This document shows positions 12,971-24,320 of a stretch of DNA of 64,000 nucleotides, in pieces (within the stretch, counting starts at the first letter, position 1; each line of letters opens with the position of its first letter). The DNA is from Prorocentrum cordatum (taxonomy: Eukaryota): the NCBI GenBank assembly GCA_963575745.1, contig CAUYUJ010000141.1:1-64000 (forward strand), written 5' to 3'. Made by a program: the position numbers and the translations under genes. Below the pieces are notes generated by a model. That model was given only the letters and a program-made list of their open reading frames with translations, was not told the origin of the DNA and ran no database searches.

Positions 12971-13519
12971 CTGAGGGTACGTTCGCACGCCTACCATTTA
13001 CCGATCACCGTAAACGAGCGACAGCAATCAACAAGGCTCGCCGGCCGCTTGTGGCAGAAACTCGCCGAATCCGTCGCACACTGCACAGTGTGTCTGCACA
13101 GAATGCACCGTCAACATGCCGCGGCTGCCACCCCGTCGCAGACAGCTCGCGATACATACGAGACTGTAGTCGACTGGGGTGTCCTCCCCCCTTGCTGCGG
13201 CAACTCATGGTCATGGGAGCCTCCCATATCATGTTGTTGGCTCTTGCGAGTCAACGTTCATCGACACTGGTCGATACGAATCGACACTAAGTCGGCGCTA
13301 AACGAACGACGCCAATTCGACGCCAGTCGAGGCTAATCGACGCGAAATCGGCCCTACCTAGTCAATGACCAAACGCTAATCGACTCGAGTGCCCCGGAAG
13401 AGGCGCGAGGAGGAGCAGGAGCCGGAGCAGGAGCAGCAGAAATGGCGAGACGAAGGAGGTAGCGACGAGCTGCAATTCACGAGGAGGCACCCTCCTGCTG
13501 CTGCAGACGCAGCCGCTCA

Positions 13520-14895
13520 TCCTCCTCCTCCTCCTCCTCCTCCTCCTCCTCTTCCTCCTCCTCCTGTTCCTCCTCCTCATCCTGCTCCGCCTCCTCACCC
13601 TCCTCCTGCGCCTCCTCCTCATCTGCCTGCTCCTCTTCCTCCTCCTCTCTCCTCCTCCTCCTCCTCCTCCTCCTGTTCCTCCTCCTCCTCCTCCTTCCTC
13701 CTCCCTTCCTCCTCCTCCTCCTCCTCCTCCTCCTCCTCCCTCCTCCTCCTCCTCCCTCCTCTCCTCCTCCTCATCCTCATCCTGTTCCTCCTCCTCCTCC
13801 TTCTCCTCCTCCTCCTGTTCCCTCTTCCTGTTCCTCTTCCTCCTCCTCCTCCTCCTCCTCCTCCTCCTCCTCCTCCTCCTCCTCCTCCTCCTCCTCCTCC
13901 TCCTCCTGCTCCTCCTGCTGGTCCGCATTCTCCTCCGACAGTGGCACCACGCAGGGGGGGCGTTCAAGCGTGACTGTGAGTCCGCATTCTTCAGTGCTGA
14001 ACTCCCCCTCGAGCGGCCCCATCTGCTCTCAGGAAGGCGACGAGATCGAGACACTGCCGAGGCCACTTAAGTGCACTTGCTGTCGCGAATCAACTACTTC
14101 CCAATCGTGACGGTCGACTGACTGCCTGCCTTTCCTGAGTCGCCTCGCACGTTGACGGAGGAGGAAGCGCAGAAGGGAGAGAGGAAGGGGGAGAGGGGGA
14201 GGGGAGGGGGGGGAGAAGGAGGAGGAGGAGGAGCAGGAGGAGGAGGAGGAGGATGAAAGGAGGAAAGGAGGAAGAGGAGAAGAAGCAGCAGCAGCAGCAA
14301 CAGACAAAAGCGGGGGAGGGGAGCGGCGCGGAGGAGGAGGGACGGCAAGGAAGAAGGAAAGGGGGAGAACACATGAAACCATCGGGAACGTGAAGGAGGA
14401 GGAGAAGGAGGAGGAGAAAGGACTGGGAGGAGAGAGGGAAGGGAGGAGGGAGGGCCGGAGGCAGGGAAGGGGAGGAGGAGGAGGAGGAAGGGGAGGAGGA
14501 GGAGGAGGAGGAGGAGGAGGAGGAGGAGGAGGAGGAGGAGAAGGAGGAGGAGGAGGAGGAGGAGGAGGAGGAGGGGGGAGGGGACGACGACGAGAGAAGG
14601 AGGAGGAGGAGGAGGAGGAGGAGGAGGAGGAGGAGGAGAAAGAGGAGGAGGAGGAGGAGGAGGAGGAGGAGGAGGAGGAGGAGGAGGAGAACGAGGGCAG
14701 AGGAGGGAGGAGGAGGAAGGAGGAGAAGGAGGGAGGAGAGAGGAGGGAGGAGGGGGGAGGGAGGAGGGAGGAGGGGGGAGGGGGAGGAGAAGGAGGAGGA
14801 GGAGGAGGAGGAAGAGGAGGAGGAGGAGGACGAAGACGAGGAGGAGGAGGAGAAGAAGGATGGAGGAGGGAGGAGGGAGGAAGAGGAAGGAGAAG
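13520..14895. repeat. (TCC)n tract (13520-13915) and (GGA)n tract (14160-14895) flanking a unique island
   Basis: Direct; these tracts are the source of the poly-P/E/G/S ORFs. Confidence 0.9.
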
Positions 14896-16214
14896 ACCAG
14901 ATGATGCCAAAAGTGTTCCTGCCCCAAGATGCCCCCAGCTTTTCGTGCCACTTCGGCGCCCCATGGGATCCTTTCGGTCTCGTGACGGGTGCTTCGGAGG
15001 CCATCTGGGTCTCCCCGGAAAAGCTGTGTCCACCATGCCGGGGAGGCGGAAGACTCGAGGTCGGGGGACTCGGGTTGGCCCGACGGGGCCGTGAAAGAAA
15101 ATGACGGGACCCAGTCTGAAACTTGACTCGACCTCCCGCTCCAAAACGTCCCACGACAGCTGGATCGCCAAAACTCGGGACGGGCCCTCCAACCGGCGTC
15201 GGCAAACCCGAGCTCCCGCGAACTCGACCCCTGCGCCTCCGACCGTGGACCGCGGCCACCTCGGGCAGCACCCCGGGCAGCACCCCGCCGCCCGCTCCTC
15301 GGACGAGCACCGGCATAGCTGCAGCAGTGGCAGCAGCAGCCCCGCTCGCCTAGGACGCGGCGCGCGGGGGGGGGGGAGAGCGCCCCAGCGAGGCGGGGAG
15401 GAGCTCGGTTCGGTTCGGTCGTCCTCGGAGGCACGGGTCCGGCTCGCGACTGCTGGGCGCGTGCCGCGGCCCTGGGAAGCGACAGCCGCGGTAGGCCCAA
15501 AAGGGGCCGGTGCGTCTGGGCCGCATGGGGGACCCGAAGGACTCGATTGCGAGGGAGCGCACAAAAATGTGGCCACACAAAGGCCCCAGTTTGACTGGTA
15601 CGCATCCCGTCTCGTCTCGATCACATTCAAGCGCAGTGCATGCCTGCTGTCTGCTCTGGGATGAAGAAGAGGCCATCGCATCGAACCCCTCTCTCGTGAT
15701 TCGTCGCTAAGGAGCTTGCCATGCCTGTGCAAATGGCGGCACGGGCGACGTGCATCCCTGTTGACGCCAGCACGGGGGACGCCTGTGTGAGGCGCCCACC
15801 TCACCTGGCGGCGGTCCCTCTGCTCTTTGGCCACTCTCTAAGTTGCCCCAAGGCTCCACCATAGACGCAAGCAGACGGCCAGGGGGGCTCAAAAGGCCAG
15901 GAGCGCCCCAAGAAGGCCCAGGAGGACTGATAGAGCCCAAAGCGGCCCAAGACGGCCTCGATATGCTCCAGGGAAACCACAAACATCAACACTATGACGT
16001 GTTCTGCCAGTCGCCCTCTTCACTCTGGAGATGGATTCAAGACGGACCCAGAGAGAGCAAGATAGCTCCAAGACTGCCCACGGGCGCGAGATGCTCTTAA
16101 GACCATACCCGATGACCCAAAAACTCCTTCCAGAGGCGCCAGGATGTCCCCGACAGGCCTTTCCGAGGACCCCAGAGGCTCAAAACAACAACATGTTCAT
16201 TCAGGTTCCAAAAA

Positions 16215-16427
16215 TTTGGACACCCGAAATGGGTACGGAAAGAATGGGCACTATGCCCAACAACAAATGTTGTCCCAAGCCAACAGCGGCCGCTGTTGGG
16301 CAGGCGGCCTTCTGTCTCGAATGGACACAGGCCGCGGCGGCGTGGACAGCGGATCTTGTTCAAAATGAACCAGATCCGCTGTTGGGCATAGTACCCATTC
16401 TTTCGGTACCCATGTCGGGCGTCCAGA
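16215..16427. mobile_element. MITE-like element with ~48 bp imperfect TIRs and candidate 6 bp TSD CAAAAA
   Basis: tggacacccgaaatgggtacggaaagaatgggcactatgcccaaca matches the reverse complement of tgttgggcatagtacccattctttcggtacccatgtcgggcgtcca; caaaaa at 16209-16214 and 16428-16433. Confidence 0.75.
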
Positions 16428-17058
16428 CAAAAACCCCACACTGTTTCGACCGGCGACATTGGCGGCAGGCGCGATCGCCGACGCCAGGCGAGGGGCCCCC
16501 CGGCAGGGCACCTCGGGGAGCTGCGCACTGCTGCGCGCAGCCGACCCTACGAAATCCGCCGCGCTGCCGCCAGCACAACGCAGGTCACCCAAGCGCGGCG
16601 ACGCCTGTCCACGCGCCGGCAGGCGCCGAGAGGCCCCCAAGACAGCCCCAATGCCCCCGCACAGCCCCAAGAGGCCCCCAAGACGGCCCGAAGACTCGGC
16701 GGCGAGCAGGGGGGGAGTGAGGAGGAGGAGGCCTTCTCAAAAAGGCTCGGAAGTCCCATGGCCTTCTGAAAAGTGTTCTGCGCCTGCCCCGAGGACGCCA
16801 AGGTTTGTTTAGAAGGCGCGACGGCTTCTGAGAAGTCCTCCCGCCTTCTGAGAGGGCCGTTTCCTTGTGCCTTCCCCTTTCGCTCGCCGCCAAAACACCG
16901 CACGAGGACTACCCCCCCGAGACGGTCGGAGACCGCCTCCAGGCGGCCCCGAGGCTGACACGAGACCCGCCCGACCACACAGAAGAGGAAATGTTACCAG
17001 ACCCCTTCGCGAGAACCCCGCAGAACAATTGAGCCTGGGACGCACAGATCGAGCTCAC

Positions 17059-17600
17059 CTGGTGGCGCGACGGCGCGATGACTCGCGCCTGCGACGCAAT
17101 GCTACGACTGCCGCCATGCCGCTCGCGCGATTCACGCGCAAACCGACGCCGACCTGTTCCTGCCCACAACGGTGTGCGCCCGCGTGCGCGAGAACCCCAA
17201 GTTTTGGACCTAACCCAACACAAGTTCCTGGGGCTCGCACAGACCCTGTAGAAGTGTGACAACATTCGCCACCCCTGTCGGCGTGTGTGAGAGGGAATAA
17301 TGATGTGTGCGTCTCAGAGTGATAATGCTTTTCGATTCGAAGCTCTCCCCCCTTTCGCTGCGGCCACCAAGCTCGCCAACCCGAAGCGAATCGACCCAGG
17401 TCGCGATCAAGTCGAGGGAAGCCCCTTCCATTCCATCCCTTTCCAGCGATAGGGGGCGTCTCAGGGGGGTCGTCCCAGGGGACCTAGCCCCCCCCTTGAC
17501 ACGAGTGACGCGGGCGATCTCGCAGCCAGGTCGGCCATCTATGAAGCCTAGGCCCTGTTGAGCCTTCTCGGAACCAACCTCGGCCAACTTCGGCGCTTTG
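17059..17600 (-). CDS. Cluster of putative small exons of unknown protein
   Basis: Unique open-frame islands such as LAEVGSEKAQQGLGFIDGRPGCEIARVTRVK and ESFESKSIITLRRTHHYSLSHTPTGVANVVTLLQ; CAG|GTGAGC donor at 17059. Exact boundaries uncertain. Confidence 0.35.
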
Positions 17601-18189
17601 GGGGGCCTCTCGGGCCCCCGTCTTGGAGACAATGGGGGCCACCCCAAAAATCGGCTGTAACTCCTAGGTTTGAAGGGTGAACATTATGGCCGCATCGGTG
17701 GCCAGCGCGCCCAAGAAGCCTATAAAACTGGCCCAAGATGGCCCAAGAGGCCTCCAAGAGGGACCCAAGAGCCTCCAAGACGGCCGCCGACGTAACAGCC
17801 CAAGACGGGTCAACAGGGTCCCAAGACGACCCAAGCGACACCCACGACGGCACAAATATAACCCCCAGAAGGCCCCAGGGGCCTCCGAGACGGCCCTGAA
17901 GCATCCAATAAGGGCCCCAAGACCACCCAGAGAGGCTCCCAAGACGGCCTCTGAAGGTCACGAGGTCCCTTGGAGGCCCGCGCAGGCACCGAAGAGGCCC
18001 TCAAGAGGCCCTCGGAGGCCCCACAAGGCCCCCTGGAAGCACCCAGGAGGCCTTTTCCTCCTTCTCTTCTTCGTCCTCCTCCACCTCCATCCTTTGTCTT
18101 CATAATTGACTCACCCCTTTCGCACCCCGAGGCCAGTCGAAAGGGCGGGCAGGGTCACCATTTACGACCCTGACGCTTAAAAGTGACGA

Positions 18190-19125
18190 ACACCTTCACA
18201 GATGGAGGGCGGGTCGCTTCCAAAATGTGGTTCTCGCCGTAGCGCCGCGCACATCTGTTGAAACAATGCAACAAGAGCTTCACGGATTGAGGGCGAGTCG
18301 TTTTGAAAATGTGGTTCTCGCCTTAGCACACCACAATATTCTCGAAATGTTGCAAGAGCTTCACAGATTGAGGGCGGGTGGTTTTTCTAATGTCTCTCTC
18401 TCGCCTCAGCAGCTCGCACATTCGTTTTGAAAACTGCACGAGCCTCACGGATTGAGGGCGAATGTGGCTCTCGCCGGAGCGGCGAGCACATTCGTTGTAA
18501 AAGTTTGGAAGAGCTTCACAGATTGAGGGCGTGTGGTTTTCAACATGCGGCTCTCGCCTGAGCGCCGCGCACAATCGTCTGAAAATCGTGCAAGAACTTC
18601 ACGGGTTGAGGGCGGGTGGTTTTCAAAATGTGGCTCTCGCCTGAGCGCCGCGCACACTGGTCTTCAAAAAAAAACGAGCTTCACGGAATGAAGGCGGGTC
18701 GTTTTCAAAATGTCGTTTTCGCCTGAGCGGTGCGCACAATCGTTGTAAAAAAACTGAGCAAGAGCTCCACGGAATGAGGACGGGTGTTTTTGTATGTCGC
18801 TCTCGCCTGAGCACCTCGCACATTCGTTTTGGAAGTTTGCAAAGCTTCACGGATTCAGGGCGGCTCGCTTTCAAAATACACTTGTTTTAGCGCCGCGCTT
18901 ATTCGTTCGTAATACGTGCAAAATCTTCACGGATTGAGGGCGGGTGATTTTCAAAATGTGGCTCTCGACTGAGCGCCGCGCACATTACGTGGGAAATGTT
19001 GCCCAGCCTTCGCGGATTGAGGGCCGGTGGTTGGTTAAACGTCGCTCTCGCCTCAGCATTTCGCACATTCATTTTGAAAATGTGCAAGATCTTCACGATT
19101 TGAGGGCGGCTCGTTTCCAAAAACA
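18190..19125. repeat. Tandem minisatellite, ~83 bp unit (gagcttcacggattgagggcgggtggttttcaaaatgtggctctcgcctgagcgccgcgcaca)
   Basis: Units at about 18275, 18356, 18440, 18511, 18594, 18676, 18762 and 18842. Confidence 0.9.
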
Positions 19126-19210
19126 TGATCGACCCACGAACCCGGAAAGGAATATAGACAGATAAGGCATGGCAACGCTTTAAAAACACCTGATTGGGCG
19201 ACGGGCAAAC

Positions 19211-19995
19211 GCAATGCTGAGTGTATCGATCTTGGTGTACCGTGCCGAGGGCTGTGCTGCCCTGCGCCGCGCTGAACTGCGATGTGCCATGCCGCGATTG
19301 TGCTCTATAGCGTTGTGGATCGAGTCCTCCTTTGCATCCGAGTCCTGACCGAACTGATCTGGATCTTAAGCTCGAGCTGCCTCAGCACATAGTAGTCGCG
19401 CCAGAGCTACTTGACAAAAGGACATGCCAGGGGGACGCGCTACGGAACGTCCCAAGGGACGCGCCAGGCGGCGTGCCAGAGGACGTGCCATGGGGACGCA
19501 CCGCAGGACGTGCCAAAGGGACGCGCTACGGAACGTGCCACTGGACGTGCCACGGGATGTGCCAGGGGACGCGCTGCGCGACGTGCCAGGGGGACACCCC
19601 ATGTGACGCGCCACGAAACGTGCAAAAGAACGTGCCAAATTGCAATGCTGTGTATCGATCTTGGTGTACCGTGCCGAGGGCTGTGCTGCCCTGCGCCGCG
19701 CTGAATTGCGATGTGCCATGCCGCGATTGTGCTCTATAGCGTTGTGGATCGAGTCCTCCTTTGCATCCGAGTCCTGACCGAACTGATCTGGATCTTAAGC
19801 TCGAGCTGCCTCAGCACATAGTAGTCGCCCCAGAGCTACTTGACAAAAGGGCATGCCAGGGGGACGCGCCGTGTAACGTCCCTAGGGACGCGCCAGGACG
19901 TGCCAAAGGGACGCGCTACGAAACGTGCCAATGGACGTGCCACGGGACGCGCCGCGCGACGTGCCAGGGGGACTTGCCACGGGACGCGCCAGGGA
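19211..19995. repeat. Tandem duplication (period ~429 bp) containing an exon-like island and ggacgtgcca minirepeats
   Basis: 19211-19430 is nearly identical to 19642-19860. Confidence 0.95.
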
Positions 19996-20391
19996 CCGTG
20001 CTGCCAGGACCACGGTCCTTCGTAAACTACGTTGCGTCCACGCTCCCAGGGCTGTGCTCCCTCGTCTATTACGCTGCGTCCGCGCTCCCAGGGCAACTGT
20101 CCTGAGTAAATTACGTTGCGTTCGGACTCCCAGAACCACCTGGGCATCCTGGGGCGCCCAGGCCCCTCGAGTTCTGTAAAGTGAGCATTTCGCTCGACAC
20201 ATCCCCGAAGCGTCTCGCTCGAGACATCCTCAAGACCTGGGCACGTGAACACACGCAACTCACTTGAGAGATCCTCTGATTTCTCGCCCCCAGGAAAGGA
20301 CAACCTATAACACAAAACAAGCGTTTCGCTCGAGGCATCCTCAACAAATTCTGCGAAAAAACAAGCGCTTCGCTAGGGACATCCTCAAATT

Positions 20392-21392
20392 CCCAACCAT
20401 CATGTGGTGTTGGGTCCTCGTTTTGAAGAGACGGTCCCCGCGTTCCTCTCCTCCTCTTCCCCCTCATCCCCATCCTCCCCCTCCTTCCCTCCCTCCTCCG
20501 TCTTCCATGCGTTTCACCCACCTAGCACAGCGTTTCGTGGCCCCATAGGGAGCTCCACCGAAGCCCCCAGTGGGACCGCCCGCATGCGCGCCCGCCACCA
20601 CCAAGCACAGCCCTTGATCCCTGCGTTGCACCCATCCAGCACAGCGTTTCGTGACCCCATAAGGAGCTCCACAAAAGGCCCCAGTGGCACCGCCCGCATG
20701 CGTCCGCCACCACCCAACACGGCCCTTGCTCCCTTCGTTTCACCCACCCAGTACAGCGCTTCGTGGCCCCATAGGGGGCTCCACCGAAGGACCCAGTGGC
20801 ACCGCCCGCATGCGTCCGCCACCACCCAGCACAGCCCTTGCTCCCTGCGTTTCCCCCACCCAGTACAACGCTTCGTGGCCCCATAGAGGGCTCCACCGAA
20901 GGTCTCAGTGGCACCGCCCACATGCGTCCGCCACCAACCAGCATAGCCCTTGCTCCCTGCGCTTCACCCACCCAGCACAGCGTTTCGTGGCCCGATGAGG
21001 GGGCTCCACCGAAGGTCCCAGCGGCTCCGCCCGCATGCGTCCGCCACCACCCAGTAGTTTCACCCACCCAGTACAGCGCTTCGTGGCCCCATAGGGGGCT
21101 CCACCGAAGGACCCAGTGGCACCGCCCGCATGCGTCCGCCACCACCCAGCACAGCCCTTGCTCCCTGCATTTCACCCACCCAGTACAGCGCTTCGTGGCC
21201 CCATAGGAAGCTCCACGGAAGGTCTCAATGGCACCGCCCGCATGCGTCCGCCACCACCCAACACGGCCCTTGCTCCTTGCGTTTCACCCACCCAGTACAG
21301 CGCTTCGTGGCCCCATAAGGAACGCCACCGAAGAAGATATTCACAATTGCGGTACTCACAACTGCATATGATTGGGTCTTTCGCCAGGCTAA
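20392..21392 (+). mobile_element. Family H1 non-autonomous Helentron/Helitron2-like element, copy 1 (internal ~115-119 bp tandem array)
   Basis: 5' tt|CCCAACCATcatgtggtGTTGGGtcctcgttttgaagagacgg; 3' cacaactgcatATGATTGGGtctttcgccaggCTAA; subterminal inverted repeat CCCAACCAT/ATGGTTGGG. Confidence 0.75.
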
Positions 21393-21593
21393 CTTTAATT
21401 CGCCGGCCCACCTCGACCTCGATACTTATCGCAAAAGAAGTCAAAGCCGGAGGTAAACCAACTAAAAGAGAACCCAGGGCTTATGCCCTTTCCGGGAAAA
21501 CGTGGCTCTCACCTAGGGCAGCGTACATTCGTAAAAAAAACTGACAAGAGTTTCCCCTGGCATCCCGTGGATAGCGTGGCAGAGGTGTTTTTT

Positions 21594-21793
21594 CCCCAAC
21601 CATCCTGTGGTGTTGGGTCCTCGTTTTGAAATAACGGTTCTCCTCCTCCTCCTCCTCCTCCTCCTCCTCCTCCTCCGCCTCCGCCTCCGCCTCCTCCTCC
21701 CCCTCCTCCTCCTCCTCCTCCTCCTCCTCCTCCTCCTCCCTCCTCCTCCTCCTCCTCCTCCTCCTCCTCCTCCTCCTCCCTCTTCATTCCTCA

Positions 21794-21873
<80 letters not shown>

Positions 21874-21972
21874 CATCATCCTCATCACCATCACCATCAC
21901 CATCACCATCACCATCATCATCAGCATTAGCATCAGCATCAGCATCAGCATCAGCATCAGCATCAGCATCAG

Positions 21973-22031
<59 letters not shown>

Positions 22032-22874
22032 CCCGTTTCAGCACACCCCTCCCACGCTGCGTGGCCCCATGGGAAGCCCCACCGAAGGCCCCAGTGCTAC
22101 CGCCCGCATGCGTCTCCCACACCAATTACAGCGTTTCGTGGCCCCCACATCCCTCCTCCCTGCGTTTCACCCACCCAGTACAGCGCTTCGTGGCCCCATA
22201 GGGAGCCCCACCGACGGCCCCAGTGCTACCGCCCGCCAGCGTCCCCCACACCCAGTACAACGTTTCGTGGCCCCCTCCTCCCTCCGCCCTGCGATTCACC
22301 CACCCAGTACAGCGCTTCGTGGCCCCATAGGAAGCCCCAACCGACGGCCCCAGTGCTACCGCCCGCATGCGTCCCCCCCACACACACATTACAGCGTTTC
22401 GTGGCCCCCTCCTCGCCCCTCCCTACGTTTCAACACACCCAGTACAGCGCTTCGTGGCCCCATAGAGGGCCCCACCGAAGGTCCCAGCGCTACCGCCCGC
22501 ATGCGTCCCGCACACCCAGTACAGCGTTTCGTGGCCCCCATCCTTCCTCCTCCCTGCGCTTCACCCTCCCAGTAAAGCGTTTCGTGGCCCCACAGGGAGC
22601 CCCACCGAAGGTCCCAGTGCTACCGCCCGCATGCGTCCCCCACACCCAGTACAGCGTTTCGTGGCCCCCTCCTCCCTCCTCCCTGCGCTTCACCCACCCA
22701 GTACAACGTTTCGTGGCCCCATAGGGTGCCCACCGACGGCCCCAGTGCTACCGCCCGCATGCGTCCCCCCCGTCCTGTGCGGCGCTTCGTGGCCCCATGG
22801 GGAACGCGACCGAAGAAGATATTCACAATTGCGGTACCCACAACTGCATATGGTTGGGCCCTTCGCCAGGATAA
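21594..22874 (+). mobile_element. Family H1 copy 2 (expanded internal (TCC)n(ATC)n plus tandem array)
   Basis: Same termini: tttttt|ccccaaccatcctgtggtgttggg ... atatggttgggcccttcgccaggataa|t. Confidence 0.75.
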
Positions 22875-23193
22875 TGTGTGAAAAAACTCAGGATTGTCGG
22901 GCGCAACAGTCAAGTTGATTCGCTGTGCGGAAGCCCCAGGAATGGTGTTCCTGCACGATTCTGGGTCGCCGAGACAGGACAGTCAGGTTAACTCGTGGCG
23001 GTGAAGTTCTGATTATGGTGCTTTGGTACGGTTAAATATGTTCGCACGGTTGTCCTCCAACGGGCCAGTTCCCTCAGTGAAAATTGCCCCCTGTAAGGGC
23101 ATATGAAGAGAGACTTGGAGGGAGGGTGTATTACAACATCGTTGATAGGTAGTGGTTTTACACTGGTCCTCCCGCTCCTCGCATCGAGGCCCG

Positions 23194-23269
<76 letters not shown>

Positions 23270-24320
23270 TCATCATCATCGTCATCATCATCAGCATCAT
23301 GATCATCATCACCGTCATCATCATCAGAAGCAGCAGCAACAGCCTCATCATCACCAGCAGCGTCACCATCATAATCATCGTCATCATCATTAGCAGCATC
23401 AGCATCATCATGATAATCAGCATCATCATCATTATCGTCATCATCGTCATCAGCATCATCACAATCAGCACTGTCATCCTCCTTCTCATCATCATCAGCA
23501 GCATCAGCATCGTCATCAGCATCATCAACACCATCACTAGCATCATCACCGGCATCATCATTCTCCTCATCATCAGAATCGTCATCGTCGTAAGCATCGT
23601 CGTCATCGTCGTTATCGGCATCGTCATCGTCATCAGTAACATGATAATCATCATCATCCCCATCACCATCACCGTCATTATCATCAGCATCAGCATCATC
23701 ATCGTCATCGTCATCGTCATCGTCAGTTTCAGCATTGGCATCAACATCATCATTGACATCAACATCAGCAGCATAATCGTCAGCATCATCATCAGCAGCA
23801 TCATCATCAGCATCATCAGCGTCAGCATCAGCATCATAATCATCATCATCATCAGCATCAGCATCATCATCCCATATTCATCATAATCATCATTATCAGC
23901 AACATCCACAACAGCATCAGCATCCGCATCATCATCAGCAACAGCATCACCATTAGCATCATCATCATCAGCATCATCGTCATCGTCCTCGTCGTCGTCG
24001 ACATAATCGTCATCCTCATCATCAACAGCATCAGCATCAGCATCATCATGATCATCAGCAGCAGCATCATCATCTGCCGCATCAGGTGCAGTATCGTTAT
24101 CGTCAACATCGCTATCACCAGCACTAGCATAGGAAGCAGCATCCGCATCAGGATCGTCATCATCAGCCAGATCATCATCATCAGCAGCAGCAGCATCAGC
24201 AGCAGCATCATCATCGTCGTCGGTGTCGTCATCATCACCAGCAGCAGCATCAGCATCAGCATCATAATCATCATCAGCGGCAGCAGCATCATAAGCATCA
24301 TCATCGTCATTATATGGATC
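23194..24320. repeat. Degenerate (ATC)n/(AGC)n microsatellite, ~1.1 kb
   Basis: Direct. Confidence 0.95.
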
